Positions 1 to 9,598 of a stretch of DNA of 64,000 bases are shown here, piece after piece (within the stretch, counting starts at the first letter, position 1; the number at the start of each line of letters is the position of its first letter). The DNA is from an uncultured Clostridia bacterium (GTDB taxonomy: Bacteria > Bacillota > Clostridia > TANB77 > CAG-508): contig CALXBY010000006.1 in the NCBI GenBank assembly GCA_944386675.1, positions 330 to 64,329 on the forward strand, in the 5' to 3' direction. Made by a program: the position numbers and the translations under genes. The notes beneath the pieces are model-generated. The model was given only the letters and a program-made list of their open reading frames with translations. It did no database searches and was not told the origin of the DNA.

Positions 1-1
1 A

Positions 2-79
2 GCTGCTAAAAAAGCAGAAACAAAAGCAGCAAGTGCAAAAGCTGAAACAAAAAAAGCTACTGAAAAAGTAGAAGCTTAA
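2..79 (+). CDS. 3' end of an upstream CDS with an Ala/Lys/Glu-rich tail; possibly ribosomal protein L21 by position
   Basis: Frame is open from the window edge to TAA at 77-79 (...AAKKAETKAASAKAETKKATEKVEA*). It lies directly upstream of rpmA. Confidence 0.3.
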   Translation, partial: AAKKAETKAASAKAETKKATEKVEA

Positions 80-136
80 TTATTTTAGAATAATAAAAAT
101 GAGATATAAAATCTGAACCGAAAGGAGTGAGAAATC

Positions 137-403
137 ATGGCTCATAAGAAAGGTCAAGGTAGTAGCCATAACGGTAGAGAGAGTGAATCAAAACGTCTTG
201 GAGTAAAAAGAGCTGATGGTCAATTTGTTCTAGCTGGAAATATCTTAGTAAGACAAAGAGGAACAAAAGTACATCCAGGAACAAATGTAGGTAAAGGTAG
301 TGATGATACTTTATATGCATTAGTAGATGGAACTGTTAAATTTGAAAGAAAAGGTAGAGATAAAAAACAAGTTAGTGTTTATCCAGTAGAAACAGAAGCA
401 TAA
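137..403 (+). CDS. rpmA: 50S ribosomal protein L27
   Basis: [25 protein letters not shown]...RQRGTK...VKFERKG is the canonical L27 sequence. RBS AAAGGAG lies upstream. Confidence 0.97.
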   Translation: MAHKKGQGSSHNGRESESKRLGVKRADGQFVLAGNILVRQRGTKVHPGTNVGKGSDDTLYALVDGTVKFERKGRDKKQVSVYPVETEA

Positions 404-416
404 AGTATAAATGAAG

Positions 417-446
417 GAATCAAGTCGATAGCTTGGTTCTTTTTTT
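417..446 (+). terminator. Rho-independent terminator after rpmA
   Basis: Hairpin gaatcaag/cttggttc followed by a T7 run. Confidence 0.65.
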
Positions 447-582
447 ATTGAATTGGACGAAAAAATATTGAAAATATTTCTAAAAAACCATTTACATTTT
501 GAAAAAATTTGTATAAAATATACTAAATTTAAGTTAATTTGTCATAAACGAAAGAAAATCAAAAATGAAAGGGAGTATATCA

Positions 583-1875
583 ATGAAAATATTGATGTTA
601 ACATGGGAATACCCACCAAGAGTAGTAGGAGGAATTGCAAGGGTTGTATATGATTTATCAAGAACTCTATTAAAGGATGGTCATGATGTAACTGTTGTTA
701 CATACAAAGATGGAGATGCACCATATTTTGAGGATGATAAAGGTGTAAAAGTATATAGGGTTGATAATTATATGATAAATCCTAATAATTTTATAGATTG
801 GATAATGCAATTAAACTTTAATTTAATTGCAAAAGCAAATGAAATTATAGCAAAGCAAGGAAATTTTGATGTTATACATGCACATGATTGGCTAGTAGCA
901 TATGCTGCTAAGACATTAAAAAATTCATATAATATTCCGATTGTTGCTACGATACACGCAACAGAAGCTGGAAGAAATAGTGGAATTCATGATGAAACAC
1001 AAAGATATATTAATGATACAGAATGGATGCTAACATATGAAGCTTCAGAAGTTATTGTAAATAGTAATTATATGAAAAATGAGTTACAAAGACTATTTGG
1101 GTTACCTTATGAAAAAATAAATGTAGTGCCAAATGGTGTAAACTTAAATTTATTTAATGGAGTAGAAAGAGACTATAACTTTAGAAGAAGATTTGCCATG
1201 GATAACGAAAAAATTATATTATTTATGGGAAGATTAGTTTATGAGAAAGGTGTACAACATTTAATTAGTGCTATGCCTAAAATCTTAAATGGATATCATG
1301 ATTCAAAATTAGTTATTTGCGGAAAAGGTGGCATGTTAGATGAATTACAAGCACAAGTAAATGCAATGGGAATTGCAAATAAAGTATATTTTGCTGGATA
1401 TATGCAAGGAAAAGATGTTCAAAGAATGTATAAAGCAGCAGATATAGCAGTATTTCCAAGTACTTATGAACCATTTGGCATTGTGGCACTAGAAGCCATG
1501 TTATCTGAAAATCCAATTGTCGTATCAGATATTGGAGGATTAAATGAAATTGTTCAACATAGAGAAAATGGAATGAAAGCATATTGTGGAAATCCAAATT
1601 CATTAGCAGATTCAATTTTAGAGTTACTATATGACCATAAATTATGTGCAGATATAACTAAAAAAGCAAAAAATAAAGTTAGAAATGAGTATAATTGGAG
1701 TAAGATTGCGCAAGACACACATTTCACATATCAAAAAGCAATTTGTCAATCAATGGCTGAAAAACAAAAAAGAGAACTTGAACAAGAAAGAGCTAAGAAA
1801 ACCAAAAAGACAATTAAAGGCGAAAACGAAATTACAAATCTACTTAACTTTAGAAAACGCCAAGCTTATGCATAG
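583..1875 (+). CDS. Glycosyltransferase family 4 (glycogen-synthase-like GT-B fold)
   Basis: MKILMLTWEYPPRVVGGIARVV N-terminus and EPFGIVALEAM motif. Start moved from 565 to 583 because GAAAGGGAG lies 7-8 nt upstream of 583. Confidence 0.85.
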   Translation: MKILMLTWEYPPRVVGGIARVVYDLSRTLLKDGHDVTVVTYKDGDAPYFEDDKGVKVYRVDNYMINPNNFIDWIMQLNFNLIAKANEIIAKQGNFDVIHAHDWLVAYAAKTLKNSYNIPIVATIHATEAGRNSGIHDETQRYINDTEWMLTYEASEVIVNSNYMKNELQRLFGLPYEKINVVPNGVNLNLFNGVERDYNFRRRFAMDNEKIILFMGRLVYEKGVQHLISAMPKILNGYHDSKLVICGKGGMLDELQAQVNAMGIANKVYFAGYMQGKDVQRMYKAADIAVFPSTYEPFGIVALEAMLSENPIVVSDIGGLNEIVQHRENGMKAYCGNPNSLADSILELLYDHKLCADITKKAKNKVRNEYNWSKIAQDTHFTYQKAICQSMAEKQKRELEQERAKKTKKTIKGENEITNLLNFRKRQAYA

Positions 1876-1880
1876 TATAA

Positions 1881-1912
1881 AAAAGCTGTATTTCATAAAA
1901 TACAGCTTTTTT
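1881..1912 (+). terminator. Rho-independent terminator
   Basis: agctgtattt/aaatacagct stem followed by T6. Confidence 0.8.
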
Positions 1913-2100
1913 AAAACTTAAATACATAAAGTTTTAAATTAGAAAAATAAAACTTAAAGAATTTTCATAAATTCTACAAATTTAGCAAAAAAATGGTGTA
2001 TAATAAAGATGGCAAAAGAACAATAGATAAAGTGTAAAAACAAAGAATAAGAAATAGAAAACAAAAAAGGATTAAACAGTAAAATTTAGGAGGAATAAAA

Positions 2101-3003
2101 ATGGCAGAATTTAAATCAGGATTTGTAACATTAGTAGGAAGGACAAATGTTGGAAAATCAACACTTTTAAATCTATTAGTGGGAGAAAAAGTGGCAGCGA
2201 TTGCTAATAAAGTTCAAACCACAAGAACAGCAATAAAGGGCATCGCAAATAGAGAAAATGCACAAATTATATTCACAGATACACCAGGAATTCATAAACC
2301 AAAACATAAATTGAATGAAACAATGAATGAAACTTCTTTTGCAAGTATACCAGATGCAGATGTAATACTATTTGTAATTGAGGCTACAAGTGAAAATATG
2401 GGAAAAGGTGATAGCTTAATACTAGAAAAAATTAAAGAGGCAAAAAGAAAAACAATATTAATTATTAACAAAATTGATTTAGTAAAAAGAGAAACCTTAT
2501 TAAATTTAATAGATATATATCGTAAGGAATATGACTTTGAAGCAGTTATACCAATTTCTGCTACAAATGCTAAATATAGAGAAATTATTTTAGATGAAAT
2601 TGAAAAGAACTTAAAAGAAGGTCCTGCATATTATGATATAGAAGAATATACAGATCAAACAATGAGACAATTAGCAGAAGAAACAATAAGAGAAAAAGCA
2701 TTAAAATTGTTGCAGGATGAAGTGCCTCATGGAATATATGTTGAAGTTGAAAAAATGAAATTAAGAAAAAATAAAAATAATGAAGAGATTTATGATATAG
2801 AAGCAACTATATATTGCTTAAGAGAATCTCATAAAGGGATTATTATTGGAAAAAATGGAGAGATGCTAAAAAGAATAGGAAGAGCTGCAAGAATAGATAT
2901 GGAAGAAAATTTTGGTTTAAAAATCAATCTAAAAACATGGGTTAAAGTAAAAGAAGATTGGATTGATAATCAATCTATTGTTAATAAATTTAAATTACAA
3001 TAG
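2101..3003 (+). CDS. era: GTPase Era
   Basis: GFVTLVGRTNVGKSTLLN P-loop, DTPG, NKID, and a C-terminal KH-like region. Confidence 0.95.
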   Translation: MAEFKSGFVTLVGRTNVGKSTLLNLLVGEKVAAIANKVQTTRTAIKGIANRENAQIIFTDTPGIHKPKHKLNETMNETSFASIPDADVILFVIEATSENMGKGDSLILEKIKEAKRKTILIINKIDLVKRETLLNLIDIYRKEYDFEAVIPISATNAKYREIILDEIEKNLKEGPAYYDIEEYTDQTMRQLAEETIREKALKLLQDEVPHGIYVEVEKMKLRKNKNNEEIYDIEATIYCLRESHKGIIIGKNGEMLKRIGRAARIDMEENFGLKINLKTWVKVKEDWIDNQSIVNKFKLQ

Positions 3004-3102
3004 ATATAATAAACAAATAAAAATTATGACAAGGTTATTGAATAATAAAATAAAATTTTGCAAAAGATAATATTGAAAACTTGAAATTGGAGATGATAGC
3101 TT

Positions 3103-3321
3103 ATGATAAAAAAGATAGCTTGGGAGGCATTTAAAAATACAGGGGATATCAATACGTATTTGGAATTAAAACAAATAGAAGATTTAGAGGACAAAATAGA
3201 AAAAAATGATTTAAATATAGAAACAAAAAATGTTTTTGACAAAGAGAATTTTATTGACAAAGAAAATGTTAAGATAGAAAAAGAGTATAAAGATAAGGAA
3301 AACTATAAAAATTCATTTTAG
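3103..3321 (+). CDS. YqzL-family small protein
   Basis: N-terminus AWEAFKNTGDINTYLELKQIE resembles YqzL, and the position between era and recO is conserved. Confidence 0.6.
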   Translation: MIKKIAWEAFKNTGDINTYLELKQIEDLEDKIEKNDLNIETKNVFDKENFIDKENVKIEKEYKDKENYKNSF

Positions 3322-3332
3322 GGGATATAATT

Positions 3333-4061
3333 ATGGCAACAATAAAAGTAAAAGGAATTGTATTAGCAGAAAATAATATGGGTGATTATGACAAAATGCT
3401 TACAATCTTAACACCGAATTTTGGAAAAATATCATGTGCTGCTAAAGGGGCAAGAAAACCCAAAAGTGCTCTTTTAGCAGGAACACAACTTTTTTGCTTC
3501 TCAGAATATTTAATGTATCAGGGGACAAGTACATATCATGTAAATTCTTGTGAAACAATAGAAATGTTTTATAAAATTAGAACAGATTTGGATAAATTAA
3601 AGTATGCTATTCACTTGAATAAAATCGTACAAGATGTAACAGATGAAAATGAAAATTGTTATAATATATTACAATTATATTTAAATGCATTATATATGAT
3701 AGCAGAAACTGAAAAAGATAGGGATTTAGTTGTAAGTATTTTTAAACTAAGATTGTTAAAAATATTAGGTTTTACTCCGAGAGTAATGGAATGTGTTAAT
3801 TGTAAAGAAAAACAAAATTTAAGTTATTTTAGTATACGAGATAATGGTTTTAAATGTGCAGCTTGTAGCAAGCAAGATAAATCTTCTATATTTATGTCAG
3901 AAAGTACGGCAAATGCCATTAAATATACAATATCAGCTCCAGCTAGGAAGGTATTTTCATTTAATTTAAAAAATGAATCATTAGAAGAGTTTAAATTAAT
4001 TACTAGAATTTATTTTAATGAAAAGATGGAAAAAGAATATAAACTAGAAGAAATATTTTAA
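3333..4061 (+). CDS. recO: DNA repair protein RecO
   Basis: OB-fold N-terminus, CxxC...CxxC zinc motif (CVNCKE...CAAC), synteny after era. Confidence 0.9.
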   Translation: MATIKVKGIVLAENNMGDYDKMLTILTPNFGKISCAAKGARKPKSALLAGTQLFCFSEYLMYQGTSTYHVNSCETIEMFYKIRTDLDKLKYAIHLNKIVQDVTDENENCYNILQLYLNALYMIAETEKDRDLVVSIFKLRLLKILGFTPRVMECVNCKEKQNLSYFSIRDNGFKCAACSKQDKSSIFMSESTANAIKYTISAPARKVFSFNLKNESLEEFKLITRIYFNEKMEKEYKLEEIF

Positions 4062-4217
4062 GATAAACGTTAAAAGATAGATAAATCAATAGTATTTTTT
4101 AGGCAGATGAAGATATGTTTTATAATTTGCTTAAAAAGGTTGAAAAAAAGAAAAATAACATATATAATAAGCATATAACATAAATTAGAAACATGAAAGA
4201 AGAAGGGAGCGATTTTT

Positions 4218-4745
4218 ATGAAAATAAAAATAATAGGAAAGGAACTAAAGATAACAGAAGCAATTAACGATTATGTTGAAAAAAAATTAGACAGAATTGA
4301 TAAATATTTTGAAGATGCAGAAGCTGATGTTACATTAAGAACTGAGAAAAATGAACAAATAGCAGAAATTTGTGTATTAGCAGGAGGAGAAAAATTTAGA
4401 GCAGTAACAGAAGATAAAGATATGTATGCATCTATTGATAAAGATATAGATATATTGGAAGGTCAAATTAGAAAATCAAAAACAAAAAAAGAAAAAATGT
4501 TAAGAGAAGGTAGCATAAAAAACATGGAAGTTTCAGATGATAAGAGTTCTGAAATAACAAATGAAATTATAAAAACATCTTATTATGAAATTAAACCAAT
4601 GTTACCAGAAGATGCTGTATTAAAACTACAAGAAAAACCATCTCATAATTTCTTAACATTTATCAATGTAGAAACAGGAAAAGTAAATGTAATACATAAA
4701 TTAAAAGATGGAAAGAACTATGGTTTAGTAGAACCAGAGGCGTAG
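4218..4745 (+). CDS. hpf: Ribosome hibernation promoting factor, long form
   Basis: MKIKIIGKELKITEAINDYVEKKLDRIDKYF is typical of RaiA/HPF. The 175-aa length with a C-terminal dimerisation domain fits the long form. Confidence 0.9.
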   Translation: MKIKIIGKELKITEAINDYVEKKLDRIDKYFEDAEADVTLRTEKNEQIAEICVLAGGEKFRAVTEDKDMYASIDKDIDILEGQIRKSKTKKEKMLREGSIKNMEVSDDKSSEITNEIIKTSYYEIKPMLPEDAVLKLQEKPSHNFLTFINVETGKVNVIHKLKDGKNYGLVEPEA

Positions 4746-4749
4746 GAAT

Positions 4750-4785
4750 ATAGCTAACCTATTTATAGGTTAGCCATATTTTTTA
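4750..4785 (+). terminator. Rho-independent terminator after hpf
   Basis: gctaacct/aggttagc stem plus T run. Confidence 0.8.
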
Positions 4786-4813
4786 TAGTTTATATATTAT
4801 GGAGTAGTAAAAG

Positions 4814-6271
4814 ATGAAACTAAAGAATAAAACAGTATTTTTTATAATTTCGGTTATCATATCCTTTATTATTTTATGCTTTTTTGTAACAGGCTATTAT
4901 TCCATTGACACAGCAAGAATTTATTCACAGGGGTATATAGATTATGCAATCAAAGATGCCTATATAAAAGATGGAAGGTGGATTTCTGCTATTATATTTG
5001 TAATTGTAGGACTTATAAATCCAAGTATAGAAACAATGTATATTGTAAACATAATTTTGGCGATTATTATTCTATCTTTTAGTGTAATACAAATATACGA
5101 TATTATCGAAAAGTGTAAAAAATTAGAAAAGACAAAAAGCAAGATAATCGCTTTTTTGTTAAGTTATACATATATTTTTAATTTTTTGATTGTAGATGTA
5201 CTGAAATTTATAGATAGTTTTGTTATATCAATAAGTATATTAATATTTATCATTGCAATAAAGAAAATTATATTTGAAAAAAAGAAAAGACTAGGACTAT
5301 TATTAACTATATTTGGAGTTATATGTTATCAAGGAACAATACCTGTATATATTGCAACAGCGATTTTAGTAACACTATTAGAAAATAAAAGAATCAATAA
5401 AGAATATTTTAAAAAGATATTGCCATGTGCTATTTCTATCATCATAGCTGCTATTATTAGCCTTATTATTATTAATATAGTACCTATGATAACTGGAATG
5501 ACTAAAACAGATAGGATGAATGGAATAGACTATATCGAAAATATCAGAAAAAATCTGATGGTAATGAATGAAACTATTCTTTATTCATTCTATATGTTTC
5601 CACAATATGTATGGATAAGCATAGGGATGTTTACGATAATTATTTCAATAATTTATGGAATAAAGAAAAAAAATATGAATTATCCGATAAATATATTATT
5701 TATATTTATGATGTATATTTTTAGCTCTCTTGTAATGTTTCCAATACAACCTTTTAATAATGCACCAAGAGTAGCTTTGGTATTAGGGGAAAGTATTAGT
5801 GCAATGTATATATATAGTTATTGTACGAATTTTGAAAGACAAAAAATGAACTTATATGAAAAAACAATACTTATAATGATAATTATATATTTTATAGTTA
5901 CAATAATATCAATAATGAAAAGTACATATCAATACAAGCTAGGAAATATAATAGATGAGCAATTTTCTGAAAAAATAGAAAATGAAATTGTAAACTTAGA
6001 CAAACAAGGAATTACAATTAATAAAATTGGAATAAAATATACAGGTAATGGAAAAAACATTCAAAAATATAGTAGACTAGTGCGTAATCAATCTATGTAT
6101 ATGATGGGACTATATACAGTAATACTAAATGAATTTTATACAGGAAGAACATTGTCAAGTGTACAGGACTTTACAGAGCAGTTGGAACAAGAATATTTTG
6201 AAAATTCAAGCAAAGAAGAAGTACAATTTCAAAGTATAGGTAATGTATTATATATTTTAATTGATTTATAA
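4814..6271 (+). CDS. Polytopic membrane protein of unknown function (possibly a GT-C-like glycosyltransferase)
   Basis: 485 aa with many predicted TM helices. No motif could be assigned with certainty. Confidence 0.6.
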   Translation: MKLKNKTVFFIISVIISFIILCFFVTGYYSIDTARIYSQGYIDYAIKDAYIKDGRWISAIIFVIVGLINPSIETMYIVNIILAIIILSFSVIQIYDIIEKCKKLEKTKSKIIAFLLSYTYIFNFLIVDVLKFIDSFVISISILIFIIAIKKIIFEKKKRLGLLLTIFGVICYQGTIPVYIATAILVTLLENKRINKEYFKKILPCAISIIIAAIISLIIINIVPMITGMTKTDRMNGIDYIENIRKNLMVMNETILYSFYMFPQYVWISIGMFTIIISIIYGIKKKNMNYPINILFIFMMYIFSSLVMFPIQPFNNAPRVALVLGESISAMYIYSYCTNFERQKMNLYEKTILIMIIIYFIVTIISIMKSTYQYKLGNIIDEQFSEKIENEIVNLDKQGITINKIGIKYTGNGKNIQKYSRLVRNQSMYMMGLYTVILNEFYTGRTLSSVQDFTEQLEQEYFENSSKEEVQFQSIGNVLYILIDL

Positions 6272-6278
6272 ATTGAAA

Positions 6279-6407
6279 ATAAGAAAAGCGGCTTTGCCAC
6301 ATTGTAAAATTGCTTCGCAATTATTACACGAATATAAGAAGCTTAACCTTGTTGTATATAGAAAAATCTTATATATGGTCAAGATAAAAGTCGATTTTTC
6401 TATACAA
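6279..6407. repeat. ~130-bp structured intergenic repeat, copy 1 (partner inverted at 44654-44785)
   Basis: About 95% identical by eye to the reverse complement of 44654-44785. Internal hairpins: tgtaaaattgc-ttc-gcaattattaca and ttgtatatagaaaaatc...gatttttctatacaa. Confidence 0.85.
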
Positions 6408-6408
6408 T

Positions 6409-6440
6409 AAAAAAGGCAGGAAATCAAATCCTGCCTTTAT
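6409..6440 (-). terminator. Terminator for the SASP gene (bidirectional hairpin)
   Basis: ggcagg-N9-cctgcc with a T run on the minus strand. Confidence 0.7.
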
Positions 6441-6525
6441 GTATTTTAAATAAAATATATAAAAACAAAATTTAACTTTCTGCCTGAAACGAATTACTAT
6501 TCGTATGATTTAAGGTGTAAAACAA

Positions 6526-6723
6526 CTATTTCATTTGTTGTTCAGCTTGTTGTATCATTTTTCTAACCATGTTACCACCTATTTTACCAGCATCTTTAGC
6601 TGAAATATCACCATTGTATCCATCTTTTAAATTAACACCAACTTCGCTAGCTACTTCATATTTGAATTTATCTAAAGCGCTCATTGCTTCTGGAACTAAT
6701 TTTTTGTTACTGTTATTTGCCAT
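6526..6723 (-). CDS. Small acid-soluble spore protein, alpha/beta type
   Basis: KLVPEAMSALDKFKYEVASEVGV...GGNMVRKMI is the alpha/beta SASP signature. Confidence 0.95.
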   Translation of the reverse strand: MANNSNKKLVPEAMSALDKFKYEVASEVGVNLKDGYNGDISAKDAGKIGGNMVRKMIQQAEQQMK

Positions 6724-6898
6724 TGTTTATTCACCTCCAGTATATATACTTTATATTAGAAAAAACTTTTGCTTTTTCTAATACTAGCATTTGCAATATT
6801 TGAAAAAATAAACAGGAAATTTTTTCAAAAAATAAAATAAATGTTGACATCGAAAAATAAATAAATATATAATAAAGTGTAAAACAAAGGAGGAATTT

Positions 6899-7771
6899 AT
6901 GTATAAATTAGTAGCAATAGATTTAGATGGGACAATGTTAAATCATTATGGAGAAATAACGCCCAAGACGAAAGAAGTTGTAAAAAAATGTATAGATAAT
7001 GGAATAGAAATTGTATTAGCCTCTGGAAGACCAATAGATTCTATAAAAGCGATAGCTAAAGAATTGGGAATTGAAGGGTATTTTATAGCTGGTAATGGAG
7101 CATTGGTGTATGATATAAAAAATGACCAAACAGTGTATAAAAACTATATGAAAAAAGAAAAGGTACTAGAAATTATAAAAATATGTGAAGAGAATAGTAT
7201 TGCATATAATGTGTATACGGATAAGACAATATTAACTAAAAGTTTGAAATTTAATGTATTATATTATTACAAAGAAAATTTAAAGAAAGAAGAAGAAAAA
7301 AAGACCAATATTAGTATTGTCGAAAACATGTATGATTATGTAAAAAATTCAGAGGAACAAGACTTCTTAAAGATAACGATTTGTGATGAAAATAGTAGTA
7401 TATTCAATTCTATAATAAAAAAAATAAAAGAGATAAATGAAATTGAAGTTTTAGAAGTATCACATATGTCTAGGAAAATTATACAACAAGGAACAGAAGA
7501 GATTCCAGTAGAATATTTTTATACTGAAATTTCAGCAAATCATGTAGATAAATGGGATGCAATACAATTTTTGATGAAAAAATTAGAACTGAAAAGCGAA
7601 GAGATAATGGCAATAGGAGATAATATAAATGATAAAAAAATGATAGAAAATGCTAAATTGGGTATTGCAATGAAAGGGAGTACACCTAATGTTATAAATG
7701 TTGCAGATGATGTAACAGAAACCAATGATAATGAAGGCGTAGCAAAGGCTTTAGAAAAATATCTATTGTAA
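6899..7771 (+). CDS. Cof-type HAD-IIB phosphatase
   Basis: AIDLDGTML motif I and GDNINDKKM motif IV. Confidence 0.85.
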   Translation: MYKLVAIDLDGTMLNHYGEITPKTKEVVKKCIDNGIEIVLASGRPIDSIKAIAKELGIEGYFIAGNGALVYDIKNDQTVYKNYMKKEKVLEIIKICEENSIAYNVYTDKTILTKSLKFNVLYYYKENLKKEEEKKTNISIVENMYDYVKNSEEQDFLKITICDENSSIFNSIIKKIKEINEIEVLEVSHMSRKIIQQGTEEIPVEYFYTEISANHVDKWDAIQFLMKKLELKSEEIMAIGDNINDKKMIENAKLGIAMKGSTPNVINVADDVTETNDNEGVAKALEKYLL

Positions 7772-7914
7772 TATTACAACAATATTACAGAGATATTAAT
7801 TTTTAGTTACAGATGTGAGATTTCATTGATTTTGAAATTCAGATGCGTTAAAATAAAATAGATAGAAATTTGTAAAAAAATATACAAAAATAAATATAAA
7901 GGGAGGAATTTGTA

Positions 7915-8880
7915 ATGGCAACAAATCCAATGCAAAGAAAAGCAAGAAATTCATTTTTATTAGGAATGCTAATAATGCTAATTATAACAGGAGCAATAAT
8001 AGCATTATTAATGTTACAATTAATGAATATGAAGAAAGAAGAACAAGAAATAGAGGCGTCATATGTGACAGTGTACACCTTAAATACAGATGTGGAATCA
8101 GGTGATGAAGTAACAGAGGAAGATTTAACAATTACACAAGTAGTGAATTCAAATGCACCAACAGATTATCTTACTCCATCAGATTTAGGAACAAAAAACA
8201 TAGCAAAAATTTCAATGACAGCAGGAACTGTTTTGTCAAAAGAAATGCTATATGTTGATGAAACAGTAACTGGAAATGATGTAAGAAAGCAAGAATATAA
8301 TATGTTCGTATTACCATCAGATTTAGAAACAGGCGATTTTGTGGATGTTCGTCTACAATTACCTAGCGGAACAGATTATATAGTTGTAGCTAAGAAGAAA
8401 GTAGAAATACCATTAATTGCCGGTGTTGATTCAACAGATACAATATCAATTGAATTAAGTGAAGATGAAATTAATATGCTAAGTAATGCAATTGTAGATG
8501 CTTTTTATATTAATGGTGCAAAATTATATGTAAACAAATATACAGAACCAGGTTTACAAGAAGCCTCAACACCAACATATCCTGTAAATTATGATGTATT
8601 ACAATTAATTAATGGAAATCCAAATATTCTAGAAGAAGCAAGAACAGCTTTATGGAACAGATATAATTCAAGAGATTCATCAGGTACACAAACACAAGCA
8701 GTACAAAGAACAGATGTAATTGATGCAATAATTAATGCAAATCCAGAAGAATCAGAAACAAATTTACAAACAAATATGGAAGAAAGTATTACAAATTCTA
8801 TAACAACAAGACAAGAATATTTAGAAGGGCTATCAGCAGCAGCTGCTGCTGAAGCATCAGCAACAAATACAGCTCAATAA
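7915..8880 (+). CDS. CpaB/RcpC-like pilus assembly protein
   Basis: N-terminal basic stretch plus TM helix, then a SAF-like segment (VYTLNTDVESGDEVTEEDL) and an RcpC-like beta segment (GDFVDVRLQLP). Confidence 0.75.
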   Translation: MATNPMQRKARNSFLLGMLIMLIITGAIIALLMLQLMNMKKEEQEIEASYVTVYTLNTDVESGDEVTEEDLTITQVVNSNAPTDYLTPSDLGTKNIAKISMTAGTVLSKEMLYVDETVTGNDVRKQEYNMFVLPSDLETGDFVDVRLQLPSGTDYIVVAKKKVEIPLIAGVDSTDTISIELSEDEINMLSNAIVDAFYINGAKLYVNKYTEPGLQEASTPTYPVNYDVLQLINGNPNILEEARTALWNRYNSRDSSGTQTQAVQRTDVIDAIINANPEESETNLQTNMEESITNSITTRQEYLEGLSAAAAAEASATNTAQ

Positions 8881-8897
8881 AAGGAAAGGAAGTAATC

Positions 8898-9596
8898 ATG
8901 AAAAAAATAGGATTTATAGGGATGTATGACAAAACAGATTTAATACTAAATATCGCAAAAATATTAACAACAATGCATAAAAAAGTAATTGTAGTTGATT
9001 CAACATTAACACAAAAAGCCAAATATGTTGTACCAGTTATAAATCCTACAATTACGTATATTACAGATTTTGAAGATATTGATGTAGCAATAGGTTTTAA
9101 TAATGAGGTAGAAATGAAAGGATACTTAGGAATTGCAGAAACAGAAAAAATGCCTTATGATATTATGCTAATTGATGCTGACAATCAAAAAGCTATTGAT
9201 GAATTTGACTTAGTAAATGATGCAAAAAATTATTTTGTTACAGCATTTGATGCTTATTCTTTAAAAAGAGGACTAGAAATATTAAGTGGATTAAAAACAC
9301 CAATGGAATTAACAAAAATATTGTATGCTAAAGAGGTTCTTAAAGAAGAAGACGATTATTTAAATTTCTTATCTCTTGGCTATAAAGTTATGTGGAATGA
9401 ATTTAGAATATATTTTCCAATTGAAAATGGAGATTGGTCAGTATTAGCAGAAAATCAAAGAGTAGCAAAAATAAAATTTAAGAAATTAAGTACACAATAT
9501 AAAGATAATTTGGTTTATATAGCAGGAGAAATTTTAAATGATGTAAGTGAAAATCAAATAAGAAGAGCTGTTAAAATCATAGAAAGAGGAGTATAA
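8898..9596 (+). CDS. ParA/MinD-fold protein with degenerate Walker A (TadZ/CpaE-like)
   Basis: IGFIGMYDKTDLILNIAKIL replaces KGGxGKT. Strand pattern VIVVD and YDIMLIDAD fits the ParA fold. Confidence 0.6.
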   Translation: MKKIGFIGMYDKTDLILNIAKILTTMHKKVIVVDSTLTQKAKYVVPVINPTITYITDFEDIDVAIGFNNEVEMKGYLGIAETEKMPYDIMLIDADNQKAIDEFDLVNDAKNYFVTAFDAYSLKRGLEILSGLKTPMELTKILYAKEVLKEEDDYLNFLSLGYKVMWNEFRIYFPIENGDWSVLAENQRVAKIKFKKLSTQYKDNLVYIAGEILNDVSENQIRRAVKIIERGV

Positions 9597-9598
9597 AA

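Noticed and set aside
1976-2004. Promoter upstream of era (TATAAT at 1999-2004)
   Set aside because: The -10 is good, but no acceptable -35 lies at 16-18 nt spacing, so it was not reported as a feature.
6569-6781. 70-aa plus-strand ORF
   Set aside because: It is antisense to the clearly recognisable SASP gene.
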